From positions 128,001 to 192,000 of the forward strand of contig BTVJ01000001.1 of NCBI GenBank assembly GCA_045863395.1: a DNA stretch of 64,000 nt, in the 5' to 3' direction. The notes under the pieces are model-generated. The model saw only the letters and a program-made list of their open reading frames with translations. It had not been told where the DNA came from and ran no database searches. Made by a program: the position numbers and the translations under genes. This DNA comes from Myxococcales bacterium. Its GTDB lineage: Bacteria; Myxococcota_A; UBA9042; JABWCM01; BTVJ01. Positions 51,569-61,110 of the stretch are shown one piece after another; position 1 is the first letter of the stretch, and the number at the start of each line of letters is the position of its first letter.

Positions 51569-52905
51569 GCGCTCGGGAGCTCCTCGCCAGGGCGCTTGCC
51601 GGGCGCCGCGTGGCCTGGGTGGCACCCGACGTGGGGCGCACGCTCGGGCTGGCGCGCCTTCTGCCCGATCCGGTGGTCCTCTGCCACGACGCCATGGGCG
51701 CCGCGGTGGACATGCCCGTCCACGAGGTCCAGGCCGACCCAGCAGGAGATGATTTCCAAGGATCCCTGTCGATTCTGAACGATCCCTCCGCACAGAGGTT
51801 CATCAGACATCACAGGGTGACCGATCTCGTCCTCTTCAAGGTCAACGCGCGCATCATCTCCCTCGCACGCGACCTTGGCCTGCGCGTACTGGCAGGAGAT
51901 CCCGCAGTCGCGCAGCGCTTCGAGCACAAGCTGCACTTTGCTCGCATGCTTCAGGCGCTCTCCCTCCCGGCTCCGCCCACCCTGCTGTTCGACGGCCCCA
52001 TGCCCTCGTGGTCGGAGGCGGCGCGAGAGCTCGGCGAGGCCATCGTGGTCCAAGGAGCCCGGGGGCACTCGGGGCAGAGCACCCACCTGGCACGCAGCGA
52101 GGTGGACTACGAGCACGCGCGAGCCCGGCTGAGCGGACGAGGCGCCCGCCTGACGACGCTCGTGGAGGGCGTCACGCTGACGATCAACGGCTGCGCGGCC
52201 GAGGGCTCAGCCCCCGTCGGGCGCCCATACATCCAGCTCACGGGGATCCCTGGCGCGACCCCCCACGCGCTCGGGGCCTGCGGCAACGCCTTCGAGGGGG
52301 ATCGGCTCGGCGCGCCCGCCCTGCGCGCCGCGGCGGAGCGCATCGGTGTCGCTCTCAGCAGCGCCGGATATCGCGGCATCTTCGGCGTGGACGCGGTGCT
52401 GGACGCCCACGGAGCCATACACGTCATCGAGGTCAACCCGCGCATGATCTCCGGGTCGTCCCTCGAGGCGCTGCTCCAGAGCAGCGCCGGGGTCCCTCCG
52501 GCGGCGGCGCATGTGCTCGCGGTCCTTGGCGCGGAGCTGCCCCCGTCTCTGGCGGGTCCACCAGTGACCGGGGGCCAGATCGTCATCTACAGCCCCCACG
52601 ACGCACCGTGCCGGGTGGTCGCCGCCCCACCTGCGGGCCGCTATCGCCTCGATGGCGCCTCGCTCCACCGGGTGGATGGGCAGGTCGACCCCACCGGCTG
52701 CGCCCAGGACGAGGTAGTCCTCCTCGCCCGGTCCCCGGGGAGGGCCGTGCCTCCAACTGGCGAGATCGCCCGGGTCCAGACGACGCGGAGTCTCCTCGAT
52801 GAGCGGGCCACCGCGGACGCCCTCGTCGAGCGGTTGATCGCCGCGACTACCGCGGCCGTGCGCTTGGGTGGCCCGGGTCAGGCCGCGGGCAGGCGCTTGC
52901 GGTAA
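51565..52905 (+). CDS. ATP-grasp domain protein
   Basis: FEHKLHF, VVQ...GHSGQST, YRGIFGVD.V, VIEVNPR; GTGA overlap with the PLP enzyme. Confidence 0.82.
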   Translation: MSARELLARALAGRRVAWVAPDVGRTLGLARLLPDPVVLCHDAMGAAVDMPVHEVQADPAGDDFQGSLSILNDPSAQRFIRHHRVTDLVLFKVNARIISLARDLGLRVLAGDPAVAQRFEHKLHFARMLQALSLPAPPTLLFDGPMPSWSEAARELGEAIVVQGARGHSGQSTHLARSEVDYEHARARLSGRGARLTTLVEGVTLTINGCAAEGSAPVGRPYIQLTGIPGATPHALGACGNAFEGDRLGAPALRAAAERIGVALSSAGYRGIFGVDAVLDAHGAIHVIEVNPRMISGSSLEALLQSSAGVPPAAAHVLAVLGAELPPSLAGPPVTGGQIVIYSPHDAPCRVVAAPPAGRYRLDGASLHRVDGQVDPTGCAQDEVVLLARSPGRAVPPTGEIARVQTTRSLLDERATADALVERLIAATTAAVRLGGPGQAAGRRLR

Positions 52906-53852
52906 CGTCCCGCGAGGATCTCGAAGTACTCGGGAGACCGCGCAAAGCGCTGAAGGTGGTGGGCCCGCCACACCGCGAAGGGGTGGGTAGCCTGCATGCC
53001 CATCCAGAACGACATGGCCTTGCCCACGAAGCTCTGCTCCTCCTCTTCCTCGAGGCGCGCCGCCTGCTCCATGAACGCCTCCACGGACAGGGCGGCGCCA
53101 TAGCGGCGGCTCCCTCCCGCGAGCTTGAGCAGGGTGCGGATGCTGGTGTCGAGGCTGCCTGTGACCAGCAGCTCGCCCCGGTCCGCGCTCAGCTCGCTCG
53201 ACCGCGACCACTCGAGGAGGGCCAGGCGCATAGGCGTCAGGATGGCTCGCCCCCCAGGGACGAGCCCCCCGAGCACCGACGCGCCGAGCGCCGCGACCAG
53301 GATGGCGGCGGTCCGGTACAGGGCATGGCTGCAGAGCCAGTGCGTCAGCTCATGCCCCATGACGCCGAGCAGCTCGTCCTCCTCCAGCAGGTCCAGGAGG
53401 CCTGACGACACGGCCATGACCGGTGCGTCCACGCCGAGCAGGTAGGCCTGGGGGATCGGTGACTGGTAGAGGAACAGGTCGGGGAGGCTCGCGACCCCGA
53501 GGCGTGCGCCGGCGCGCTCGTAGAGGCGCAGGAGCTCGGGGAGCTGCCCCTCGCCGATGCGCACGCAGGTGGACAGGTGGAGGATCCGCCCGCGCCGGTC
53601 TCCCACCTCGCCGAGGAGGCGCTTGAGCACGCTCTCCACCCCAGGGATGTGCCGCAGGGCAGACAGGGCCTTGCGGTCGAGCGGGTGGACGAACTCGTCC
53701 GCGTCGATGTCGGTCAGCGGCTCCTCAGGACCGCGGAACATGCGGCCGCCACAGCCACCGCACCGGACGCGCTCGGGCGCAGCGGACGCCCGGTCCACCT
53801 CCACGCGGTTGCGCTTGGCACAGGACGAGCACTCGATCTCGAAGCTCTTCAT
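52878..53852 (-). CDS. M48-family zinc metalloprotease with N-terminal Zn ribbon
   Basis: CSSC..NRV...RCGGC, F.HPLDR.AL, GHELTH (HExxH), W.R.SELSADR, THP..V.R. Confidence 0.88.
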   Translation of the reverse strand: MKSFEIECSSCAKRNRVEVDRASAAPERVRCGGCGGRMFRGPEEPLTDIDADEFVHPLDRKALSALRHIPGVESVLKRLLGEVGDRRGRILHLSTCVRIGEGQLPELLRLYERAGARLGVASLPDLFLYQSPIPQAYLLGVDAPVMAVSSGLLDLLEEDELLGVMGHELTHWLCSHALYRTAAILVAALGASVLGGLVPGGRAILTPMRLALLEWSRSSELSADRGELLVTGSLDTSIRTLLKLAGGSRRYGAALSVEAFMEQAARLEEEEEQSFVGKAMSFWMGMQATHPFAVWRAHHLQRFARSPEYFEILAGRYRKRLPAA

Positions 53853-53896
53853 GGAAGCGGAGAGTACCAGGATTGGAGGGGAGATGCGTAGAGGAG

Positions 53897-54042
53897 AGTC
53901 CAAGGTGTCGAGAGAGGCGGCGACCACCTCCCCATGAACCCCAATCCCGCACCCAGCAGCAAAGGATTGAGGAGAAGCCGCCGTGCACATCCACCTGCCA
54001 ATGAAAGTCAGGGAGTGTGACCACCGCGCTCTCTCGACACGG
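53897..54042 (-). ncRNA. Candidate sigma-54-dependent structured small RNA or leader RNA (long rod-like hairpin)
   Basis: Perfect 12-bp inverted repeat (53905-16 with 54029-40), extended inward by a stem that pairs fully only with G-U on the minus strand; starts at the predicted sigma-54 +1. Confidence 0.55.
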
Positions 54043-54053
54043 GACTGAGAAGA

Positions 54054-54068
54054 GCAACCACCGTGCCA
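54054..54068 (-). promoter_or_regulatory. Sigma-54 (-24/-12) promoter
   Basis: Minus strand TGGCAC-GGTGG-TTGC(T), an exact consensus; AT-rich IHF-like tract at about 54099-54125. Confidence 0.75.
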
Positions 54069-54256
54069 CACCGCCTCGCCTCCGCCTCAGGCGACCACAA
54101 GCCAATGAGATCAAAGACAAATACAAGCTCCACCGCCGGACGGTGGGGGCGCCCCCCGCGCCCGCCCACCCAAGCCTGAGCCTGACATCCGTGTCCAACC
54201 ATGATCTGAATGTCACTGGCCGCGCCGAGTCCTTGTCGGCCTCCAGCCAAGCCCCT

Positions 54257-56455
54257 ATGATGGGACGCAGGACTGGGAGACTACGCGCCTTGACCACCGG
54301 CCCCCCCGCGATTGACGGCCACCGGCCCGTCATCCAGGACCAGGAGCAGGAGCTGCGCCGCGCACTGGCGGAGTTCACGCTGCTCCTCGTCCGGACGATG
54401 ATGCAGGCGTCCTACTACGCCCCCGACCACCCGGCGCACCAGCGCGGCACCGCCCAGGCCTACGATCTCCTGCGGCCGCTGCTCGGGCAATCCAGTGAGA
54501 TCGTGTTCGTGACGGGCTCCCTCAACGACACCTCCGATGTCCAGGTGGACGGAGTCCTGGCAGAGCCCGTGGGTGTGACCAGCCTCCTCCAGTCAGCCAT
54601 GGGCGAACACTTCGTCGCCAAGTTCCTGGAGTATTTCGAGCGCAACGAGCTGGTCTCGTTCTCCATCAAGCACCACATCGAGAAGGAGGAGTTCAATCGC
54701 TTCATGGGCGCCGTCGTCGAGCGACGGCTGGACATCGGCGAGGACCAGCCCCGCGAGCGGCGGCTGCCCTTCGACGAGATCCTCCAGCAGGTGGGCGTGG
54801 TTCACATCGGCGTCATGTGCCGCGACGAGATCGTCGGTGGCAAGCGCCGAATCCCGTGGGCCGTGCGGGTGGCGCTGAGCCGGCTGCGCAAGGACCTGCA
54901 GATGGTGCCTCTGTACTGCCGGGCGTCACAGAGGGAGCTGCACGAGGTCAAGTCCATGCTCGTCCAGGACGTCATCCGCCCGCTCAGACGGGTCGATCTC
55001 ATGCGGGAGCTGCTGCTCAACGCAGACCTCATCTCGCTGGAGATCGCGGAGGGCGCGTCCATCGACGTGGATACAGAGATCGTCCGAAACATGCACATCG
55101 ACATGGCCGCCACGGTGGCGAGCCGCCTGGCGGAGGAGCTGATCGCGCTGCGTGGAGGGACACCGCCCCTTCATCATAGCTTCGGCTCGGTGGAGCTGCT
55201 CGAGCAGCGCCTCGTGTGCTCGGTGTACCAGATCGTCGGGCACTTCTTCCGCACGGGCGCTCGCTACGACATGGCGCTGGTGCGCTCGCTGTTCGACCAG
55301 AAGGTCCTGGACATGAAGGAGCTGCCCGCAGAGGCGCGGCGCGCAGTCCAGGTCGAGCGCTGGACGGACCAGTTCCTCCATGACCCGCGGGCTCACCTGG
55401 AGCGGCTCGCTGCCATCACCTCCGAGGGGCCTTATGCCGAGCTGCTGACGGTGATGAGGCTGATCTTCGGGCAGCTGGTGCCGCGACGCAAGTGGCGCGA
55501 CGCGTTGCTGATCGTGCAGGCCCTCGATCGGCAGCACCGGGAACGCCTCCCGCCCTTCCCGGAGCGGACTGCGCTCCTGAAGGCGGCGCTGGACCGCATG
55601 TGTGCCGAAGACCAACTCCGGCCCGTGGTCGCGGTGTTCACGTCCACGTCCCGCGAGGACCGGGGAACCGTGCTGCGCATCCTCTCCACGCTCGGTGTCG
55701 AGGCCGTCCCGTTCATGCTCGAGGCGCTGCTGCTGTCGGACGACGCCGCGACCCGCAGGGACCTGTGCACGGCCATCGAGCAGATGGGCAAGCCGGCAGG
55801 GCGCTATCTGCTCATGGAGGCCGAGTCCTTCAATCACAAGTGGCACTTCTACCGGAACGTGGTGATGCTCCTGGGCCGCCTCCGCTATGAGGAGGCCGCC
55901 CCGGCGGTCGCCCGCCAGCTCGCTCACTTCCACCCGCGGGTGCGAGAGGAGGCGGTGATCGCCCTCGCCCGCATCCAGCGACGCAACGCGGAGCCGCTGC
56001 TGATCCCGCTGCTCCGAGACCCGGATCCGGCCGTCGTCCGCAGGGTGGTCAGCTCCCTGCGCACCCTTCGCTCGCGGGACCCGGCGCTGCTGGAGTTCCT
56101 CCGGGAGACGGTGGTGGCGAGCGGGGTGGCGGGCTCTGACCAGGGGGTGGCGGCCGCGGCCATCCGCGCCCTCCGGGACATGGGCAACATCGCCTTCCCA
56201 GAGGGTGAGACCGCTGAGACGCTGCTCCTCGGTCTCCTGGAACCTGGCCGCCGGCGCCTGTTTCGACGCACGGCGCGGGCGCCTGGGGAGCTGCGCGCCG
56301 CCGCGGTGGAGACGCTCGGCGCCATCGGAACGACCCTATCGCTCGCCGCGTTGCAGCGGCTGGCGGCCACTGATCCCGACATGAAGTCCCAGGTGAACTC
56401 CGCCCTGGATGCCCTCGGCCGGCGCCTCGGCGCGCGGAGCGGCCAGCCCACATGA
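54257..56455 (+). CDS. HEAT-repeat protein (start uncertain)
   Basis: N-terminal YYAPDHP motif; C-terminal HEAT repeats (RNVV.LLGRL, HPRVREEAV.AL, LL.DPDPAV, LRAAAVETLGAIG). Confidence 0.75.
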   Translation: MMGRRTGRLRALTTGPPAIDGHRPVIQDQEQELRRALAEFTLLLVRTMMQASYYAPDHPAHQRGTAQAYDLLRPLLGQSSEIVFVTGSLNDTSDVQVDGVLAEPVGVTSLLQSAMGEHFVAKFLEYFERNELVSFSIKHHIEKEEFNRFMGAVVERRLDIGEDQPRERRLPFDEILQQVGVVHIGVMCRDEIVGGKRRIPWAVRVALSRLRKDLQMVPLYCRASQRELHEVKSMLVQDVIRPLRRVDLMRELLLNADLISLEIAEGASIDVDTEIVRNMHIDMAATVASRLAEELIALRGGTPPLHHSFGSVELLEQRLVCSVYQIVGHFFRTGARYDMALVRSLFDQKVLDMKELPAEARRAVQVERWTDQFLHDPRAHLERLAAITSEGPYAELLTVMRLIFGQLVPRRKWRDALLIVQALDRQHRERLPPFPERTALLKAALDRMCAEDQLRPVVAVFTSTSREDRGTVLRILSTLGVEAVPFMLEALLLSDDAATRRDLCTAIEQMGKPAGRYLLMEAESFNHKWHFYRNVVMLLGRLRYEEAAPAVARQLAHFHPRVREEAVIALARIQRRNAEPLLIPLLRDPDPAVVRRVVSSLRTLRSRDPALLEFLRETVVASGVAGSDQGVAAAAIRALRDMGNIAFPEGETAETLLLGLLEPGRRRLFRRTARAPGELRAAAVETLGAIGTTLSLAALQRLAATDPDMKSQVNSALDALGRRLGARSGQPT

Positions 56456-58788
56456 GCCCACCCGCCCTCGGGGACCGGGACGCCGCCGCCATCGCCGCCG
56501 GCCTCACCGCCGTCGCGGTCGCCTTGTCGGGCCCGCTCTCGGGCGACACGCTGTTCGTCGCGGACTTCTCCTACATCCACCACCCGCTGCTCAAGTGGAG
56601 CGCCAGTCAGCTCGCGACGGGAGCGCTTCCCGCCTGGAACCCGGACGTGGGCCTCGGGCTCCCGCAGCTCGCCAACCCCATCCTCGGGACGCTGTACCCG
56701 CCGTGCTGGCTGCTTGCGTTCCTTCCGGTCACGACGGGCCTCAACCTGCTGCTCGGGGCCCACGTCGCGCTTGCGCTTGTCACGGCGTGGCGCCTCCTCC
56801 GCGCCCTCGGCGCCCCCGCGTGGCCCGCGCTGCTCGGCAGCGCGGCCTTTGCCCTCGGGGGCCCGCTGCTGTCCTCCCTCATGTACGGCTACCCGGTGCT
56901 CGCCTGGGCGTGGCCGGCACTGGCGGCGGAGGGCGGCGTGCGGCTGGGACGGGAGGCCTGGCAACGGCCCATGGCGCTCATCGCGCTAGGGACCGGCATG
57001 TCGCTCCTCGCGGGCGACCCGATGGCCTGCGGCGTCGCAGCCACCCTCGCGCTCCTGCTGGCGGGACCGGCGAGCAGCGACGGGGGAAGGCGGCGGCGAG
57101 GTGCGCTCGCGCTCGGGGGAGTAGCGCTCGGCCTCGCGCTGGCCGCGGCTCAGATCGCCCCGACCCTCGCCTTGCTGCCCCACTCGGTCCGTGCAGCCTC
57201 GGACGCAGGCGCCGCCGGCACGTGGTCCTTCTCGCCCGAGAGGCTCCTGGGCTTCGTCCAGCCTGCGCACTGGGGACGGCAGTGGCCCGAGCTGTCCTAC
57301 TGGGGGTGGTATCTCTCGGAGACCCGGCTGAACGACGGCAACTTCTTCTACCCGAGCCACTTCATCGGGGTCGTGCCCCTGCTGCTGGCGCCGCTGGCGG
57401 TCGCCGCGCCCGCGACGCGCCGCCTCGCCGTCACGCTGCTGCTGGCGGCCGCCGTGGCGCTCGTGCTGTCGTTTGGCCGAAATCTGCCGCTCCACGGGTG
57501 GCTCCTTGAACACCTGCCCGGCTTCGGCGCCTTCCGCTACCCGGAGAAGTGGGTCCTCCCGGCGACCCTCGCCCTCGCGCTGACGGGTGGACTCGGCCTC
57601 GCGAAGCTCGGGCGAACCCACGACGGCGGCACGTGGGCCGCAGCAGCGCTCGCTCTCCTGGCCCTCTGCGGCAGCATCGCGGTGCTCGCGGCCGATGACG
57701 CTCTGCGCGCCACCATCGGGGCGCGGTCGCCCGTGCCCAACGTGGAAGCTGCGCGCGCGGCGCAGATCACGGGGGCGATCCTGACGGGTGTGGCCGCCGC
57801 CACCGTGCTCGCTGCCATGGTGATGAGGCGGGCGCGCCCCTACGCACCGACAGGTCTGGCCCTCGTGGCCCTTGCGGAGGTTGTCGCGGGAAACTGGGGC
57901 CTGGCCCCGTCGGCGCCTGCTGACCTGTTCGACGCGCCCGCACGCACGATGGTCCTGCTGAACGGCGCGGGCGGCTCGCCGGCCGACCGCGTGGAGCGCC
58001 ACGACGGGCTCAACCGGGTGGCCCTCCACAAGGACCTGCAGGGCCTCACCGAGCGCTACAGGAGCCAGCTCGCAACGTTGCGTGCCAACGCTGTGCTGGA
58101 GGCGGGGCGCAAGCGCGTCGGCGCCGAGACGCCGGCGCGCCTGGCCCACGCCGTGCAGCCCGAGGACTGGCTGTGGGCTGATCCTGGCCGGGCTGCCCCA
58201 ATCCTCGGGGCGGAGCTGCTGCTGGTGGCGGGTGAACGGCCGCCGGCGTCCGTGCGGGCTGACCCGTCCCTCGGTCCGCGCGGTGCGATCCCGGAGCTCG
58301 GCCTCGTCGCCCTCGCTCCAGCGCGCTCCGTCCTGCCGGACCTGTTCTGCGTGGCGTCCGTCTCGCCCACATCGACCGCGGACGTTCGGGCCCGCCTCCT
58401 CACACTGGACCCGTCGCGCTCGGCGGTCGTGGAGCCCTCTCACACCCTTGGACCCGCGGCTTCACTCGACGCCCTGGCCGCCGCCACCCCGTCAGACGCG
58501 TGGCCCTGCGCGCGCTGGACCGCGGAGCCCGGAGCCTTCCACATCGACGTCACGCTGGAGCGCCCGGCCCTGCTGGTGGTCCGCGACTCGTGGGCGCCGG
58601 GCTGGGAGGCAGATGCCGACGAGGCGCTCCCCATCGTTCGAACCTATGGCAGCCTCAAGGGGATCCCGCTCCCCGCTGGCACCCACCGCGTGGAGCTGCG
58701 CTATACAGCGCCCGGTCTGCTGCCCGGGGCGGTGCTCAGCGGCCTGGCGGCGCTGGGCCTCATCGCACTCTGGTGGAAGAAGCGGTAG
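56452..58788 (+). CDS. YfhO-family polytopic membrane protein (putative GT-C glycosyltransferase)
   Basis: G.LP.WNP..GLG.P.LANP, LYPP, FRYPEK, many TM helices, DSW.PGW.A and LPAG.HRV.LRY.P; ATGA overlap. Confidence 0.85.
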   Translation: MSPPALGDRDAAAIAAGLTAVAVALSGPLSGDTLFVADFSYIHHPLLKWSASQLATGALPAWNPDVGLGLPQLANPILGTLYPPCWLLAFLPVTTGLNLLLGAHVALALVTAWRLLRALGAPAWPALLGSAAFALGGPLLSSLMYGYPVLAWAWPALAAEGGVRLGREAWQRPMALIALGTGMSLLAGDPMACGVAATLALLLAGPASSDGGRRRRGALALGGVALGLALAAAQIAPTLALLPHSVRAASDAGAAGTWSFSPERLLGFVQPAHWGRQWPELSYWGWYLSETRLNDGNFFYPSHFIGVVPLLLAPLAVAAPATRRLAVTLLLAAAVALVLSFGRNLPLHGWLLEHLPGFGAFRYPEKWVLPATLALALTGGLGLAKLGRTHDGGTWAAAALALLALCGSIAVLAADDALRATIGARSPVPNVEAARAAQITGAILTGVAAATVLAAMVMRRARPYAPTGLALVALAEVVAGNWGLAPSAPADLFDAPARTMVLLNGAGGSPADRVERHDGLNRVALHKDLQGLTERYRSQLATLRANAVLEAGRKRVGAETPARLAHAVQPEDWLWADPGRAAPILGAELLLVAGERPPASVRADPSLGPRGAIPELGLVALAPARSVLPDLFCVASVSPTSTADVRARLLTLDPSRSAVVEPSHTLGPAASLDALAAATPSDAWPCARWTAEPGAFHIDVTLERPALLVVRDSWAPGWEADADEALPIVRTYGSLKGIPLPAGTHRVELRYTAPGLLPGAVLSGLAALGLIALWWKKR

Positions 58789-58791
58789 GGT

Positions 58792-61050
58792 TCAGAAGCG
58801 GTCGTGGACCTCCGAGGCCTTCCGCCGGAGCTCCTCGTCGCCCTCGTTCTTGATGAACTCCCGCAGGGGCTTGACCACGTTGTCCTGTCCGAGCCGTCCG
58901 AGCGCCTCGATGGCGAGGAGCTTCAGCTCTCGCGAGTCGGAGAACAGAGCCCGCGCGATCCCCTCCGTGGCGTTGGGGTCCTTGGTCTCCGCGAGGCCGT
59001 CGATGGCGGCCTTCTGAATCTCGACATTCGGGTCGATGACCGCGCCGCTCAGGCCCGTGACCACCCGCTGATCCTTGATGGGGCGCATCCCGCGGATGGC
59101 GGCCAGCTTGACCTCCGTGTCCTGGTCATAGAGCGCGTTGAGGTAGACCTCCAGCACCTTCTCCTGATCCTCCGGCTGGGCGGCAGCGACGATGGCCCCG
59201 ATCACGGCGCGCCGCACCTCCGGGCGTCCGTACTGGACATATTGGAGCAGCGCGCCCAGCCCCGCGTGGAGCTTCTGCTGCCCGATGCCCTCGGCCGCCG
59301 CCTCCTTGACGCCGCTGTCCGAGTCGCCCATCAGCGCGATGAGCGTCTCTCCGGCCGCCGGGTTCTTGGCCCAGCCCATGGCGGTGGCGACCTGAGCGCG
59401 GATCTGGGGATCCGGATCCGCCTTCAAGGCGAGGAGCTCGCTCGCCACGCCCTCGTCCTTGACCCGCGCGAGGGCGAAGGCCGCAGCCTTGCGTGTGGCC
59501 GCGTCTTGGGAGCGGAGCTGCTCCTTGAGGGTGATGACCACCGCCGTGTTGCGGCCGTCGTCGGCGAAGCGCGCGAGGGCCCGGATGGCGAGGGGCGCGA
59601 CGCCCGTCCCGGAGCGGGCCTGGGCGATGACGGCGTCCTGGGTCATCCCCTCCAGGATGGCGACGGCCGCCTTCTCGGCGAGCGCGGCCTCCTCGCCGGA
59701 GCGCCCCGCCAGCGCCCCGAGCGGCTCGACGGCCCGCGCGTCACCGATGGCGCCAAGCGCAGTGATCGCTGCCTTGCGCAGCTCCGCCTCCGGGCTGCCG
59801 AGCGCCGCGACCAGCGCCTCCACCCCCGCCGCCACCTTGCGCTCGCCCAAGGCGCCCGCGGCTGCGACGGCGTCGGGCGCCTTGCCATTGCCGACCAGCC
59901 ACGCGAGGCCACGGGCCGCCGCGGCACCCTGCTGCCCGGCGAGCGCCTTGGCGAGCTTCTCCTTCGCGTCCGGCTGCACGTCCTCCCGCGCCAGCCCCTG
60001 CTCCATGGCCTCCGCGCTGCCGAGGGTCAGGATTCCGTTGAGGGCCTCCACCCGGATGTCCACCGTGGGGTGTGTCAGCACGGCGACGAGCGCCGGGGCG
60101 ACCCCAGGGTTCTTCGAGGCAACCAGCTTGCGCAGGGCCCCGATGACCACGCCATCGTCCTTGTCGGAGAGCTTGTCGATCTCAAGAAAGTCCGCGAACT
60201 TGCGGTTTCCCGCTGCCACCAGGATCTTGACCGCGGCGGTCTTCACCGCAGGGCCCGCCCCCGACTCCACGACCTTGGCGAGGGCATCTGCGACGCGAGG
60301 ATCGCTCTTCTGGTCGGCCAGGGCCCCAACTGCGGCCTCTTGGACCGCCGGGTCAGCGTCGGTGAGCAGGGGGAGCGCGATGGCGGCCACGTCGGGCACG
60401 CCGAGCGACTTGAGCCCACCGAGGACCCGGACCCTGGCTGCGCCCGGCGCCGACGGGTCGAGGCCCGCGAGCGCCGCGCCCTGGGCCCCCTTGTCACCAC
60501 GGGCCAGGCGCTCCCTGAACTCCGCGACGGTCACCAGCGTGGCCGCGTCCAGACGCACGGAGGCCCCCTCCCAGGCGCCGGGGGGCAGCGCCTGCCATGC
60601 AGAGAGGACGGGGGCGAAGATCGGGAGAGACACCGCATCGCGCCCCACGGGCGCCTCGCCCCGCGCTGGCACCTTCAGAGTGCGGAGCCCGTGAAGCGCC
60701 AGAGAGGCCCACACCTCGTCGATGGTCGTCTGCAGGACCCCGTCCTCGAGGCCCGCCACGTCCAGGGTGGCGCCCCCGCCGGTCGCGAAGTCTGCCGCGA
60801 GCTGCACGGTGGCCGCGCCATACTGCTGGGGCCGCGCCGCCTTGAGCTGGGCGAACACGGCCATGGCGCGGTCGGCAGGGGTTGCGCCCGCCCCCTCGAA
60901 CACGCGAGGGACCAGAGCCAGCGTCACGGCGCCACCAGACTGGACGGGCTCTGCCGTGTAGTAGACGAGGGGGTCCGCGGACGCCCCCGTCGCGCATAGG
61001 AGCACGAGCGCACACGCCCGAATCGTGGTCTTGATGATTCCGTAATTCAT
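58792..61050 (-). CDS. Secreted HEAT-repeat protein
   Basis: Signal peptide ending ASA, followed by more than 10 PBS-lyase-type HEAT repeats (e.g. LTDADPAVQEAAVGAL, DPDPQIRAQVATAMG). Confidence 0.8.
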   Translation of the reverse strand: MNYGIIKTTIRACALVLLCATGASADPLVYYTAEPVQSGGAVTLALVPRVFEGAGATPADRAMAVFAQLKAARPQQYGAATVQLAADFATGGGATLDVAGLEDGVLQTTIDEVWASLALHGLRTLKVPARGEAPVGRDAVSLPIFAPVLSAWQALPPGAWEGASVRLDAATLVTVAEFRERLARGDKGAQGAALAGLDPSAPGAARVRVLGGLKSLGVPDVAAIALPLLTDADPAVQEAAVGALADQKSDPRVADALAKVVESGAGPAVKTAAVKILVAAGNRKFADFLEIDKLSDKDDGVVIGALRKLVASKNPGVAPALVAVLTHPTVDIRVEALNGILTLGSAEAMEQGLAREDVQPDAKEKLAKALAGQQGAAAARGLAWLVGNGKAPDAVAAAGALGERKVAAGVEALVAALGSPEAELRKAAITALGAIGDARAVEPLGALAGRSGEEAALAEKAAVAILEGMTQDAVIAQARSGTGVAPLAIRALARFADDGRNTAVVITLKEQLRSQDAATRKAAAFALARVKDEGVASELLALKADPDPQIRAQVATAMGWAKNPAAGETLIALMGDSDSGVKEAAAEGIGQQKLHAGLGALLQYVQYGRPEVRRAVIGAIVAAAQPEDQEKVLEVYLNALYDQDTEVKLAAIRGMRPIKDQRVVTGLSGAVIDPNVEIQKAAIDGLAETKDPNATEGIARALFSDSRELKLLAIEALGRLGQDNVVKPLREFIKNEGDEELRRKASEVHDRF

Positions 61051-61110
61051 GGAAGTCCTTGTGATCTCACCGATGATGAGGCGGGAGTCTGTCGCTCGGG
61101 CGAGGCCGTG

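Noticed and set aside
53853..54046. Multiple GGA motifs on the plus strand suggesting a CsrB/Rsm-type RNA
   Set aside because: The promoter and the G-U pairing both point to the minus strand, and the GGAs are not in a series of small hairpin loops.
53853..54071. In-frame upstream extension of the M48 protease ORF through the hairpin region
   Set aside because: The translation is unlike the family, codon usage is atypical, and the upstream start lies at the promoter. An RNA structure plus a start at 53852 explains it better, though a longer isoform is not excluded.
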